Below are positions 13,379 to 22,488 of a DNA stretch of 64,000 nucleotides, one piece after another. Under the pieces are notes generated by a model. It ran no database searches and was not told the DNA's origin. It saw only the letters and a list, made by a program, of their open reading frames with translations. The translations under genes were made by a program, and so were the position numbers. The DNA lies in the NCBI GenBank assembly GCA_963742735.1, contig CAVUMN010000003.1:736001-800000 (forward strand), in the 5' to 3' direction. The stretch is from an uncultured Actinomycetes bacterium (GTDB taxonomy: Bacteria; Actinomycetota; UBA4738; JBBDTT01). Position 1 is the stretch's first letter. Every line of letters begins with the position of its first letter.

Positions 13379-13462
13379 TTGGGGCGACTCGGCCGCCCTG
13401 TAACCCTGGAGTCGAGGTTCAGGCTCGACCCAAAACCGCAGGTCGCTGACCGAAAGTCCGCG

Positions 13463-13492
13463 TTGCTCCCGCGAACGGGCGGGGAGTAGAAT
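13463..13492 (+). promoter_or_regulatory. Putative housekeeping-sigma promoter of mihF-gmk
   Basis: TTGCTC-N18-TAGAAT followed by a strong SD (AAGGAGG at about 13520). Confidence 0.55.
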
Positions 13493-13531
13493 CCGCCGGC
13501 AGTCCTGGGGAAGACCAACAAGGAGGACTTG

Positions 13532-13846
13532 ATGCCCCTGCCCATCCTCACGGATGACCAGCGCAAGCAGGCCCTTGCGAAGGCCGCCGAAGCGCGCAAG
13601 GTGCGGGCGGAGCTGAAGGGCCGGCTGAAGGCCGAGAAGGCCTCCCTCCGCGACGTGCTGGCGAAGCAGGGCGACGAGGTCATCGGCAAGATGAAGGTCT
13701 CCGCGGTGCTCGAGGCCCTCCCGGGGGTGGGAAAGGTCCGGGCCCGCAAGATCATGGAGCGCCTGGACATCTCCATCAGCCGGCGGGTGCGCGGCCTCGG
13801 GGCCAAGCAGAAGGAAGCCCTGCTCGCCGAGTTCGGCAAACGCTGA
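13532..13846 (+). CDS. mihF: Actinobacterial integration host factor (mIHF/sIHF)
   Basis: LTDDQRKQALAKAAEARKVRAELK...KMKVSAVLEALPGVGKVRA...RRVRGLG; lies between the pyr genes and gmk. Confidence 0.95.
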   Translation: MPLPILTDDQRKQALAKAAEARKVRAELKGRLKAEKASLRDVLAKQGDEVIGKMKVSAVLEALPGVGKVRARKIMERLDISISRRVRGLGAKQKEALLAEFGKR

Positions 13847-14424
13847 GCCCTCCCCCCGCCCCGGTCCCGGTTCTGGTCATCACCGGCCCCTCCGGCGTCG
13901 GCAAACGAACCGTCGGCCAGGCGCTGCTCGCCCGGTTCCCCGATCTGGTGTGGTCGGTCTCGGCCACCACCCGCTCGCCACGCGCCGGGGAGGTCGACGG
14001 TCGCGACTACCACTTCATCTCGCCCCCGGACTTCGACCGCCTGATCCAGGCGGACGCCTTCCTGGAGTGGGCCGACGTGTACGACCATCGCTACGGGACG
14101 CTGGGCCGGCCGATCGACATCGCCCGGGCCGAGGGCCGGCCGGTCCTGCTCGAGCTCGACGTCCAGGGGGCTCTGGCCGTCAAGGCCCGGATCCCCGACG
14201 CCGTCCTGGTCTTTCTGGTGCCCCGCGACGAGGCCCAGCTGGAGGAGCGGCTCCGGGCTCGGGGGACCGAGGACGAGCCCGCCCTGCAGCGGCGGCTGGC
14301 GGCCGCGCGGGAGGAGATGGCCCAGGCCGGCCGGCTCGACCACGTGGTGGAGAACGACGTGCTGGACCGGGCAGTGGACGATGTCGCCGCTATACTTGAG
14401 GCCGTCTCAGCCCCCGAGGAGTGA
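13843..14424 (+). CDS. gmk: Guanylate kinase (probable CTG start)
   Basis: [11 protein letters not shown]-loop lies upstream of the first canonical start (13948); [31 protein letters not shown]. Confidence 0.93.
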   Translation: MSPPPAPVPVLVITGPSGVGKRTVGQALLARFPDLVWSVSATTRSPRAGEVDGRDYHFISPPDFDRLIQADAFLEWADVYDHRYGTLGRPIDIARAEGRPVLLELDVQGALAVKARIPDAVLVFLVPRDEAQLEERLRARGTEDEPALQRRLAAAREEMAQAGRLDHVVENDVLDRAVDDVAAILEAVSAPEE

Positions 14425-14681
14425 TCCCTATTCTGATCGAGCCCAAGATCGACGACCTGATGGACAAGGTCGATTCCAAGTTCAGTCTCGTGATCCTCGC
14501 CGCCAAGCGCGCGCGGGAGATCAACGCGTACTACAGCCAGCTGGGGGAGGGCCGCGGCGAGTTCGTTCCGCCCCTCGTCGAGGTCGGCGGCCTGAAGGAC
14601 AAGCCGCTCGCCGTGGCGCTGCAGGAGATCGCCGAGGCCAAGACCGCCTACGAGCGTCCCGAGGCCCCGGGCATCAAGTAG
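14421..14681 (+). CDS. rpoZ: RNA polymerase omega subunit
   Basis: [30 protein letters not shown]...[10 protein letters not shown]. Confidence 0.95.
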   Translation: MIPILIEPKIDDLMDKVDSKFSLVILAAKRAREINAYYSQLGEGRGEFVPPLVEVGGLKDKPLAVALQEIAEAKTAYERPEAPGIK

Positions 14682-14700
14682 CCAACCCCCCCAGGGAGGC

Positions 14701-15933
14701 GTGCGCGTGACCGAGGACGGTTCGCTCGCCGGCAAGCGGGTCCTGGTCGGCGTGACCGGTGGCATCGCCGCCTACAAGGCCGCCTACCTGGTCCGCCTGC
14801 TCGTGCAGGCCGGGGCGCAGGTGCAGGTCGTCATGACCCCCTCCGCTACCCGATTTGTCGGTCCCGCGACGTTCGAGGCGCTCACCGGCCGCCCGGTCCC
14901 TCTGGACGTGTTCGAGCACCCCGAGCGGGTGATGCACGTCCGCCTGGCCCACGAGGCCGACCTGGCCATCGTGGCGCCGGCCACCGCGAACACGCTTGCC
15001 AAGCTCGCGCTGGGGCTGGCCGGCGACCTGCTGTCCTCGACCCTGCTCGAGGCCCGCTGTCCGCTGGTGGTGGCCCCGGCCATGCATACCGGCATGCTGG
15101 AGAACCCCGCGACCTCGGAGCACCTCCGCACGCTGGCCGGACGGGGGGCCACGATCGTCGGGCCGGCCTCGGGCGCGCTGGCCGCCGGCGACGAGGGCCC
15201 GGGGCGGATGTCGGAGCCCGAAGAGATCCTGGCCGCGGCCGAGCGCGCGCTGGGCGCCGTCCACGACCTGGCCGGGCGCCGGATCCTGGTGACCGCGGGT
15301 CCCACCCACGAGCCGATCGATCCCGTCCGGTACCTGGGCAACCGCTCCACGGGGCTGATGGGCTTCGCCATCGCCGAGGCCGCGCTGCGGCGCGGGGCCG
15401 ACGTCGTGCTCGTGGCCGGCCCCACGGCGCTGAGGCCCCCGAGCCGGGCCCGGACGACGCGCGTGGAGACCGCCGAGGAGATGCGCGGGGCGGTGCTCGA
15501 GGCCGCCGAGGGCGCCGACGCCGTGATCATGGCCGCCGCCGTGGCGGACTTCCGCCCCGACGGGGCGGCGGAGCACAAGCTGAAGAAGGAGACCGGCCCG
15601 CCGAGGATCACGCTCGTGCAGACCACCGACATCCTTCGCGAGCTCGGAGAGGGAACGGGCGCGCAGGTGCTGGTGGGTTTCGCCGCGGAGACCCGGGGCG
15701 TCGAGGAGGCGGCCCGCAAGAAGCTCGTCGAGAAGAACGCCGACCTGATCGTCGGCAACCAGGTGGGGGAGCCCGGGACCGGCTTCGGGGCCCGCACCAA
15801 CCGGGCCGTGATCGTGGCCCGCGAGGGCGAGGACCTCCCGCTGCGCGAGTACACGAAGGACGAGCTCGCCAACGTGATCCTGGACCGCGTGCGCGAGCTG
15901 CTGGAGGCCCGGCCAACCCCGGGACCTGGATAG
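14701..15933 (+). CDS. coaBC: Phosphopantothenoylcysteine decarboxylase/ligase
   Basis: GVTGGIAAYKA, APATAN, PAMHTGM, VTAGPTHEPIDPVRYLGNRSTG, VGFAAET. Confidence 0.96.
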   Translation: MRVTEDGSLAGKRVLVGVTGGIAAYKAAYLVRLLVQAGAQVQVVMTPSATRFVGPATFEALTGRPVPLDVFEHPERVMHVRLAHEADLAIVAPATANTLAKLALGLAGDLLSSTLLEARCPLVVAPAMHTGMLENPATSEHLRTLAGRGATIVGPASGALAAGDEGPGRMSEPEEILAAAERALGAVHDLAGRRILVTAGPTHEPIDPVRYLGNRSTGLMGFAIAEAALRRGADVVLVAGPTALRPPSRARTTRVETAEEMRGAVLEAAEGADAVIMAAAVADFRPDGAAEHKLKKETGPPRITLVQTTDILRELGEGTGAQVLVGFAAETRGVEEAARKKLVEKNADLIVGNQVGEPGTGFGARTNRAVIVAREGEDLPLREYTKDELANVILDRVRELLEARPTPGPG

Positions 15934-15971
15934 GTGACGAGGTTTTCCCAGTCACCTAGACTTCGCCGGTC

Positions 15972-17168
15972 ATGACGCGACCCCACCTGTTCACCTCCGA
16001 GTCGGTCACCGAGGGCCATCCCGACAAGCTCGCGGACCAGATCTCCGACGGCGTCCTGGATGCGATCTACGCCGCGGATCCCAAGCCTGAGGAGGTCCGC
16101 GTCGCGTGCGAGACTCTGGTGACGACGGGGCTGGTGGTCGTCTCCGGCGAAATCCGCACCGAGGCCTACGTGGACGTCCAGAAGGTCGTTCGCGACACCA
16201 TCACCAACATCGGCTACACCGACGCCAAGTTCGGGATCGACGGCCAGACCTGCGGCGTGGTCACCTCGATCCACGAGCAGTCCCAGGACATCGCCCAGGG
16301 CGTGGACCACGCGTTGGAGGAGCGCGACGAGGGCTCGCACGACCTGCTCGACCGGATCGGGGCCGGCGACCAGGGCATGATGTTCGGCTTCGCGTGCGAC
16401 GAGACCGAGGAGCTCATGCCGGTCCCGATCTCCATGGCCCACCGGCTGGCCCATCGCCTGTCCGACGTGCGCAAGGCCGGGGTGATCCCGTACCTGCGCC
16501 CCGACGGCAAGTCCCAGGTCACCATCGCCTACGAGGGCGGCCGCCCGGTCCGCGTCGACACGGTCCTGATCTCCACGCAGCACAAGGAGGAGGTCGACCT
16601 CGAGACCCTGTTGGCCCCGGACGTCCGCGAGCACGTGATCGAGCCCGTGCTCAAGGAGTACGCCCTGGATTTCGAGGACTACCGCTCGCTCGTGAACCCC
16701 ACCGGCCGGTTCGAGCTGGGCGGCCCCGCGGCCGACACCGGCCTGACCGGGAGAAAGATCATCGTGGACACCTACGGCGGCTACGCCCCGCACGGCGGCG
16801 GCGCCTTCAGCGGCAAGGACCCCACCAAGGTCGACCGCTCGGCCGCGTACATGGCCCGCTACGTGGCCAAGAACGTGGTGGCCGCCGGGCTGGCCACGAA
16901 GTTCCAGCTGCAGCTCGCGTACGCGATCGGCACGGCCCACCCGGTCTCGATCAACTTCGACGCCTTCGGGACCAGCGAGGTCGACCCCGACCGGCTCGAG
17001 TCCGTGCTCCGCGAGCTGTTCGACTTCCGGCCGGCGGCGATCATCCGCGACCTGGACCTCCGCCGCCCCATCTACCAGGAGACCGCCTCGTACGGACACT
17101 TCGGCCGCAAGGGGTTCTCCTGGGAGGACACCGGCCGGGCCGACGAGCTCCGCCGCGCCTTCGACTGA
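15972..17168 (+). CDS. metK: S-adenosylmethionine synthetase
   Basis: [35 protein letters not shown]. Confidence 0.98.
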   Translation: MTRPHLFTSESVTEGHPDKLADQISDGVLDAIYAADPKPEEVRVACETLVTTGLVVVSGEIRTEAYVDVQKVVRDTITNIGYTDAKFGIDGQTCGVVTSIHEQSQDIAQGVDHALEERDEGSHDLLDRIGAGDQGMMFGFACDETEELMPVPISMAHRLAHRLSDVRKAGVIPYLRPDGKSQVTIAYEGGRPVRVDTVLISTQHKEEVDLETLLAPDVREHVIEPVLKEYALDFEDYRSLVNPTGRFELGGPAADTGLTGRKIIVDTYGGYAPHGGGAFSGKDPTKVDRSAAYMARYVAKNVVAAGLATKFQLQLAYAIGTAHPVSINFDAFGTSEVDPDRLESVLRELFDFRPAAIIRDLDLRRPIYQETASYGHFGRKGFSWEDTGRADELRRAFD

Positions 17169-17172
17169 GCCC

Positions 17173-18960
17173 GTGAGCCGGCCGATCTCCGGCCGGCACG
17201 TCGACGTCGTCGTCCGCGTTCCCCGCCTGGCGGTCGACCGCCCCTTCACGTACCGGCTTCCCGAGGGGATGGACGCCGGGACCGGCTCGCTGGTCGAGGT
17301 CCCGTTCCACGGCCGGACCGTCCAGGCCTGGGTGATCGGCGACGCGGCCGAGATCCCCGCCCGCGTCTCCCAGGTCCGCCGGGCGGTCTCCGCGGTCCGG
17401 TTCTTCGACGAGCGGCTCGTGGCCCTGGCCCGGGCGCTCGGGCACCGCTTCGTGACCCCGCTCTCGGTCGTGATCGACCGGGCGATCCCGCCGCGGACCG
17501 TCTCGGAGGAGAACGTCCCGGCCGGCCCCCCGGCGGCCGTGCCCACCACCTTCCAGGCCGGGCGGCTGGACATGTACCGGCCCGGCCTGGCCGAGACGCT
17601 CGGCCGGGGCGGCGGGGGGTACCTCATCCGCCCGCTGCCCCGCGACGAGTCGGACCTGGTCGTCGAGGCGGTGGGGCGCTGCCTGATGGGGGGCCGGGAC
17701 GCGATCGTCGTGGTGCCCCAGGCCGAGCCCGTGCCCCACGCGGCCCGGGCGCTGGCGGAGGCGTTCGGCGACTCGGTCGCCCTGTTCCTGGGCGGCGAGC
17801 CCCGGGAGCGCTACCGCACGTGGCTGGACATCCTCGGGGGCCGGTACCGCGTGGTGGTGGGGACCCGGCCCGCGGTCTTCGCGCCGGTGCACGCGCTGGG
17901 GCTGGTGTGGGTTCACCGCGAGGCCCACGTGGGGCACCGCGAGGAGCGCTCCCCGTCCTGGCACGTGCGCGACGTGGGCCTGCTCCGCGCGTCCATGGAG
18001 AACGCGGTCGGCGTGGCGGCCGGACTGTTCCCCTCGGCCGAGGCACTGGTGCCGGGCCGGCTGTTCGTCGGCCGCGCGGCCCGGTCCGAGGAGCAGCGAG
18101 CGTGGCCGATCGTCGAGGCCGTGAAGCCCGGGCCCGAGGGGCGGGCTCCCCGCGTGCTCCAGGCGGTCCGCGACGCGAGCGCCGGGTTCCTGATGGCCAG
18201 CCGCCCCGGGTACGGCGTGGCCCGCGTCTGCCGCAACTGCAAAGAGCCGGCCGCGTGCGCCCGCTGCGAGGGGCCCCTCGAGCAGCACAAGGGCGTGGTC
18301 CGGTGCGCCGTCTGCGGGGCGGAGGGCGTGTGCGCGAACTGCGGGGCGCGCGACTTCGGCGTCCAGCGGCGTGGAGCGGAGCGCGTGGCCGAGTGGGCCG
18401 CCCGGGTCGCCTCCGTGACCGTGCGCGAGGCGGACGGGCCTCCCGAGGGGCGGGGGATCACGGTGGGGACCACGGCGAGCGTGCCGGACGCCGGGCCGCG
18501 AGGTCTGGACTTCGTGGGGATCCTCGATGCCGACCGGATGCTCCGCCGCCCGGGCCTGTCGGGCCCGGAGCGGGTGGTGGCCACGTGGTTCGAGGCGGCG
18601 GCGTGGGCCCGGCCGCGTCCCGGGGGCCGGGTGATCCTCGAGACCGGCGAGCCCGGCGACCCGGCCGTCCAGGCGCTGGTCCGCAACGAGCCGTGGCTCT
18701 TCCTGAAGGCGGACGCCGAGCGGCGCGCGGCGGCGGGATTTCCTCCCGGGTACCCGGTGTTCCGGGTGGTGGGGACGGCGGCGGTCGCCGCGGGGATCGC
18801 GGAGCTGGCGCCGGCCAACCTTCTCGTCTCGGAGGCCGGAGACGAGCGGGTATGCTTGGTCACCGTCTCGCCGGACGCGCTCGACGCGTTCGTCGCACGG
18901 ATCCGCGGGTGGGCTCGCACCGGCGAGGTGCGCCGGGTGGAGGCCGAGCCCCACCTGTAG
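17173..18960 (+). CDS. priA: Primosomal protein N' (actinobacterial type with degenerate helicase motifs)
   Basis: N-terminal DRPFTY...VEVPF 3'-DNA-binding domain, four CxxC pairs, position between metK and def/fmt. Confidence 0.88.
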   Translation: MSRPISGRHVDVVVRVPRLAVDRPFTYRLPEGMDAGTGSLVEVPFHGRTVQAWVIGDAAEIPARVSQVRRAVSAVRFFDERLVALARALGHRFVTPLSVVIDRAIPPRTVSEENVPAGPPAAVPTTFQAGRLDMYRPGLAETLGRGGGGYLIRPLPRDESDLVVEAVGRCLMGGRDAIVVVPQAEPVPHAARALAEAFGDSVALFLGGEPRERYRTWLDILGGRYRVVVGTRPAVFAPVHALGLVWVHREAHVGHREERSPSWHVRDVGLLRASMENAVGVAAGLFPSAEALVPGRLFVGRAARSEEQRAWPIVEAVKPGPEGRAPRVLQAVRDASAGFLMASRPGYGVARVCRNCKEPAACARCEGPLEQHKGVVRCAVCGAEGVCANCGARDFGVQRRGAERVAEWAARVASVTVREADGPPEGRGITVGTTASVPDAGPRGLDFVGILDADRMLRRPGLSGPERVVATWFEAAAWARPRPGGRVILETGEPGDPAVQALVRNEPWLFLKADAERRAAAGFPPGYPVFRVVGTAAVAAGIAELAPANLLVSEAGDERVCLVTVSPDALDAFVARIRGWARTGEVRRVEAEPHL

Positions 18961-18997
18961 AACCACGAACGACGACCCGCCGGGGAGGGAGTGACGG

Positions 18998-19543
18998 ATG
19001 GCGAGGCGCCCACGCGAGCCGAACCCGCACATCCTGCCGATCCGCATCTTCGGCGACCCCGTGCTGAAGGAGCGCTCCCGTGAGGTCGAGGTGTTCGACG
19101 ATGCGCTTCGTCAGCTGGCCGCCAACATGCTGGTGACGATGTACGACGCGCCGGGGGTCGGGCTGGCCGCACCCCAGATCGGCCGGGCCATCCGGCTCGT
19201 CGTGTGGGACGACGGCGAGCACGGTCCCCAGGCCATGGCCAACCCCGTCCTGTCGAACAAGGAGGGCGAGCAGGAGGACGACGAGGGCTGCCTGTCGGTT
19301 CCCGGCCTGTACTTTCCCGTCCACCGCCTGAGCCGGGTGCGAGCCGACGGCTTCGACCTGGACGGGCAGCCGATGACCGTGGAGGGTGAGGGGCTCCTGG
19401 CCCGCATCCTGCAGCACGAGTTCGACCACCTGGAGGGCACGCTGATCCTGGAGCGGATCAGCCGCGAGGACCGGGCCCGCGCGATGGCCGAGATCCGCGA
19501 CGCCGAGATGGGGCTTGCCTCCCGCTTCTCCAGAAGCCGCTAG
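18998..19543 (+). CDS. def: Peptide deformylase
   Basis: GVGLAAPQIG, EGCLSVPG, QHEFDHLEG. Confidence 0.97.
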   Translation: MARRPREPNPHILPIRIFGDPVLKERSREVEVFDDALRQLAANMLVTMYDAPGVGLAAPQIGRAIRLVVWDDGEHGPQAMANPVLSNKEGEQEDDEGCLSVPGLYFPVHRLSRVRADGFDLDGQPMTVEGEGLLARILQHEFDHLEGTLILERISREDRARAMAEIRDAEMGLASRFSRSR

Positions 19544-19546
19544 CCG

Positions 19547-20470
19547 GTGCGGGTCGCGTTCCTCGGGAGCGACCGGTGGTCGGTCCCGTCGCTGGAGGCC
19601 CTCGCCGAGTCCCCGCACCAGGTGGAGCTGGTCCTCACCCGCGAGCCCAAGCCGGCCGGCCGGGGATCCAGGCTCACCCCGACCCCCGTGGCCGATTCGG
19701 CCCGCGCGCTCGGTCTGCCGCTGGGCGAGGTGCCGAGCGTGGTGCGCGACGAGGGCCTCGAGCGCCTGCGGGGTGCGGCTCCGGAGGCGCTGGTGGTCGT
19801 GGCCTACGGCGAGATCCTCCCCGCAGAGGTCCTGGAGCTCCCCACGCGAATGCCCGTGAACCTGCACTTCTCGCTACTTCCGGAGCTGCGGGGGGCCGCC
19901 CCCGTCCAGCACGCGATCCTGCGGGGGCTGGTGGCCACCGGCGTGACCACCATCCGCATGGACGAGGGCATGGACACCGGGCCGATCCTGCTCCAGGCCG
20001 AGGAGGCGATCCTGGACGACGACGACGCGGGCTCGCTCGGCGGGCGGCTGGCCGCGCGGGGGGCGACGCTGCTCGTGGAGACCGTGTCGCGCCTGGAGTC
20101 CGGGGACCTGGCGGAGCGGCCGCAGGATTCGTCCGGCGCGACGATGGCGCCGAAGCTCGGCAAGGCGGACCGCGACCTCGACTGGTCCGAGCCGGCCGGG
20201 GCGGTGGTCCGGCGGGTCCGGGCCCTGGCCCCCGAGCCGGGCGCGACCGCCCGCTACCGGGACAAGGTCCTGAAGGTGTTCCGGGCCCATCCCGTGGAGG
20301 GAAGCGGGCCGCCGGGCGAGGTGGCGCTCGTCTCCAACGACGGGCTGGCCGTCGCCGCCGGCGAGGGGCTGGTCGCGCTGGACGAGGTCGCCCCGGAGGG
20401 GCGGCCCAGGATGAGCGGAGGTGAGTTCGTTCGTGGCTACCGGCCCGAGCCAGGGCAAGCCCTCCAGTAG
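19547..20470 (+). CDS. fmt: Methionyl-tRNA formyltransferase
   Basis: VVVAYG, NLHFSLLPELRGAAP, MDEGMDTGPI. Confidence 0.96.
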   Translation: MRVAFLGSDRWSVPSLEALAESPHQVELVLTREPKPAGRGSRLTPTPVADSARALGLPLGEVPSVVRDEGLERLRGAAPEALVVVAYGEILPAEVLELPTRMPVNLHFSLLPELRGAAPVQHAILRGLVATGVTTIRMDEGMDTGPILLQAEEAILDDDDAGSLGGRLAARGATLLVETVSRLESGDLAERPQDSSGATMAPKLGKADRDLDWSEPAGAVVRRVRALAPEPGATARYRDKVLKVFRAHPVEGSGPPGEVALVSNDGLAVAAGEGLVALDEVAPEGRPRMSGGEFVRGYRPEPGQALQ

Positions 20471-21785
20471 TTCCTCGAGGAGCCGGGGCCGGCGCGCGAC
20501 GAGCGACGTCCGGCGCCTGGCCCTGCGCGTCCTCCGCCGGGTCATCGAGCACGGCGCCTACTCGAACCTGGCGCTGTCGGCCGAGCTCTCCCACGCCAAG
20601 CTCTCCAAGCAGGACCGCGACCTGGCCTCGGAGCTGGTCCGGGGGACGCTGCGGCGCAAGGTCACGCTCGACTGGTACCTCGAGCAGGTCCTGGACCGGC
20701 CCATCGCCCGGGTCGAGCCCGGGGCGCTGGCGGTGCTCGAGCTCGGCGCGTACCAGCTGCTGTTCACGCGCATCCCGCCCCACGCCGCCGTCGGCGAGAC
20801 GGTCTCGCTCGCGGAGGAGCGGGCTCGGGGGTTCACGAACGCGGTCCTGCGCCGGCTCGCCCGGCGGACGCCCGAGCTCCCGTCGAAGCCGGACGACGAG
20901 TCGACCGCCGTCCGCACCGGCCTGGTCACGTGGGCCGTGCGGGAGCTTCGACGGCTGCTGCCCTCCGACCAGGTGGAGGCCGCCGCCGCGGCCCTGGCGT
21001 CGCAGGCCCCGCTCTCCCTTCGCGCGAACGCGTGCCGCGCCACCGTCGAGGAGGTCGCCGAGGCCCTGCGGGAACGGGGCGACGAGCCGCGCCCCGGCGG
21101 CCTGCACCCCGACGTCCTGCTGCTGGACGGCGGCGACCCGGTTCGGCTGCCCGGATTCAAGGAGGGGCGCTTCGCCATCCAGGACCAGGCGTCCGCGCTG
21201 GTCGTCTGGGCGCTCGATCCCCAGCCGGGGGAGCGGATCCTGGACGCGTGCGCCGGCCCGGGAGGCAAGGCCGCCGACATCGCCTGCCGTGCGCCGGGGG
21301 GGCCGACGGTCGCGGGCGACCTGACCGAGCGCCGGGCCCGCCTGGTCACCGAGACCGTCGAACGCCTGGGGGCGCCGGTGCACGTCCTGGTCCAGGACGC
21401 CCGGCATCCCGCGCTGAGGGAGGGGGCGTTCGACCGGGTGCTCGTCGACGCGCCGTGCTCCGGCCTCGGCTCCGCTCGCCGCCGCCCCGAGCTGCTGTGG
21501 CGGCCGATGCGCAACGACCTGTCGCGGATGGCCCGTCTCCAGGTAGCCATCCTTTCGGGCGCCGCGGCCCTGGTCCGGCCGGGGGGCGTGCTGGTCTACT
21601 CGGTGTGCACGTTTCCCCGCGCCGAGACCGACGCCGCGTGCGACGCGTTCCTTCGCACCAACGAGGGGTTCACGCCGGACCCGTTCGAAGGCCCGGACGG
21701 CCGGGCGGCGCGGATGCGGCTGTGGCCTCACCGCCACGGGACCGACGCGATGTTCGTCGCGCGGTTCGTGCGCGGCGGCGGCTAG
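20421..21785 (+). CDS. rsmB: 16S rRNA m5C967 methyltransferase RsmB/Sun
   Basis: NusB-like N-domain, IQDQAS, DACAGPGGK, DAPCSGLG, YSVCT; start uncertain. Confidence 0.92.
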   Translation: MSSFVATGPSQGKPSSSSSRSRGRRATSDVRRLALRVLRRVIEHGAYSNLALSAELSHAKLSKQDRDLASELVRGTLRRKVTLDWYLEQVLDRPIARVEPGALAVLELGAYQLLFTRIPPHAAVGETVSLAEERARGFTNAVLRRLARRTPELPSKPDDESTAVRTGLVTWAVRELRRLLPSDQVEAAAAALASQAPLSLRANACRATVEEVAEALRERGDEPRPGGLHPDVLLLDGGDPVRLPGFKEGRFAIQDQASALVVWALDPQPGERILDACAGPGGKAADIACRAPGGPTVAGDLTERRARLVTETVERLGAPVHVLVQDARHPALREGAFDRVLVDAPCSGLGSARRRPELLWRPMRNDLSRMARLQVAILSGAAALVRPGGVLVYSVCTFPRAETDAACDAFLRTNEGFTPDPFEGPDGRAARMRLWPHRHGTDAMFVARFVRGGG

Positions 21786-21796
21786 ACTTCGGCACC

Positions 21797-22459
21797 GTGC
21801 CCGCCAAGCTCGCCGCCTCCATCCTGTCCGCGGATTTCGCGCACCTCGCCGACCAGGTCGCGCTGGTCGAGCCCTACGCGGAGGCCCTGCACATCGACGC
21901 GATGGACGGCCAGTTCGTGCCGACCATCGGGATCGGGCCGCAGGTCGTCGCCTCGCTGCGGCCCGTGTTCAACCTGTTCTTCCACTGCCACCTCATGGTC
22001 CGGGAGCCGGAGAAGCAGTTCGCAGATTTCGCGAAGGCCGGGGCGAACCTGATCACCCCGCACCTCGAGGCGGTCGAGGATCCGGCGCGGGCCATCGCCG
22101 CCCTCCAGGCGCTGGACGTCCAGCCCGGCCTGGCCATCAACCCCGAGACGCCGGCGGAGGCCTTGTTCCCGTACCTGGACGAGCTGGCCGACGTGATCGT
22201 GATGACCGTGAACCCGGGGTGGGCCGGCCAGGCGTTCCTGCCGGAGGGCCTGCCGAAGGTCGCCGCCCTCCGCGCGGAGATCGACCGCCGCGGGCTGGCC
22301 ACCGACATCGAGGTCGACGGCGGCATCAACGAGGAGACCGGCCGGCAGTGCCTGGAGGCCGGGGCAACGGTCCTGGCCGCGGCGTCGTCGATCTTCAAGG
22401 ATCCCGACCCGTCCGAGGCCGCCCGCCGCCTGGCCGCCGTGGCCCACGGGGAGGACTGA
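21797..22459 (+). CDS. rpe: Ribulose-phosphate 3-epimerase
   Basis: SILSADF, HIDAMDGQFVP, HLMV, MTVNPG, EVDGGIN. Confidence 0.96.
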   Translation: MPAKLAASILSADFAHLADQVALVEPYAEALHIDAMDGQFVPTIGIGPQVVASLRPVFNLFFHCHLMVREPEKQFADFAKAGANLITPHLEAVEDPARAIAALQALDVQPGLAINPETPAEALFPYLDELADVIVMTVNPGWAGQAFLPEGLPKVAALRAEIDRRGLATDIEVDGGINEETGRQCLEAGATVLAAASSIFKDPDPSEAARRLAAVAHGED

Positions 22460-22488
22460 GGGCCGCCCCCCGCGAATTGAACCGTCCT

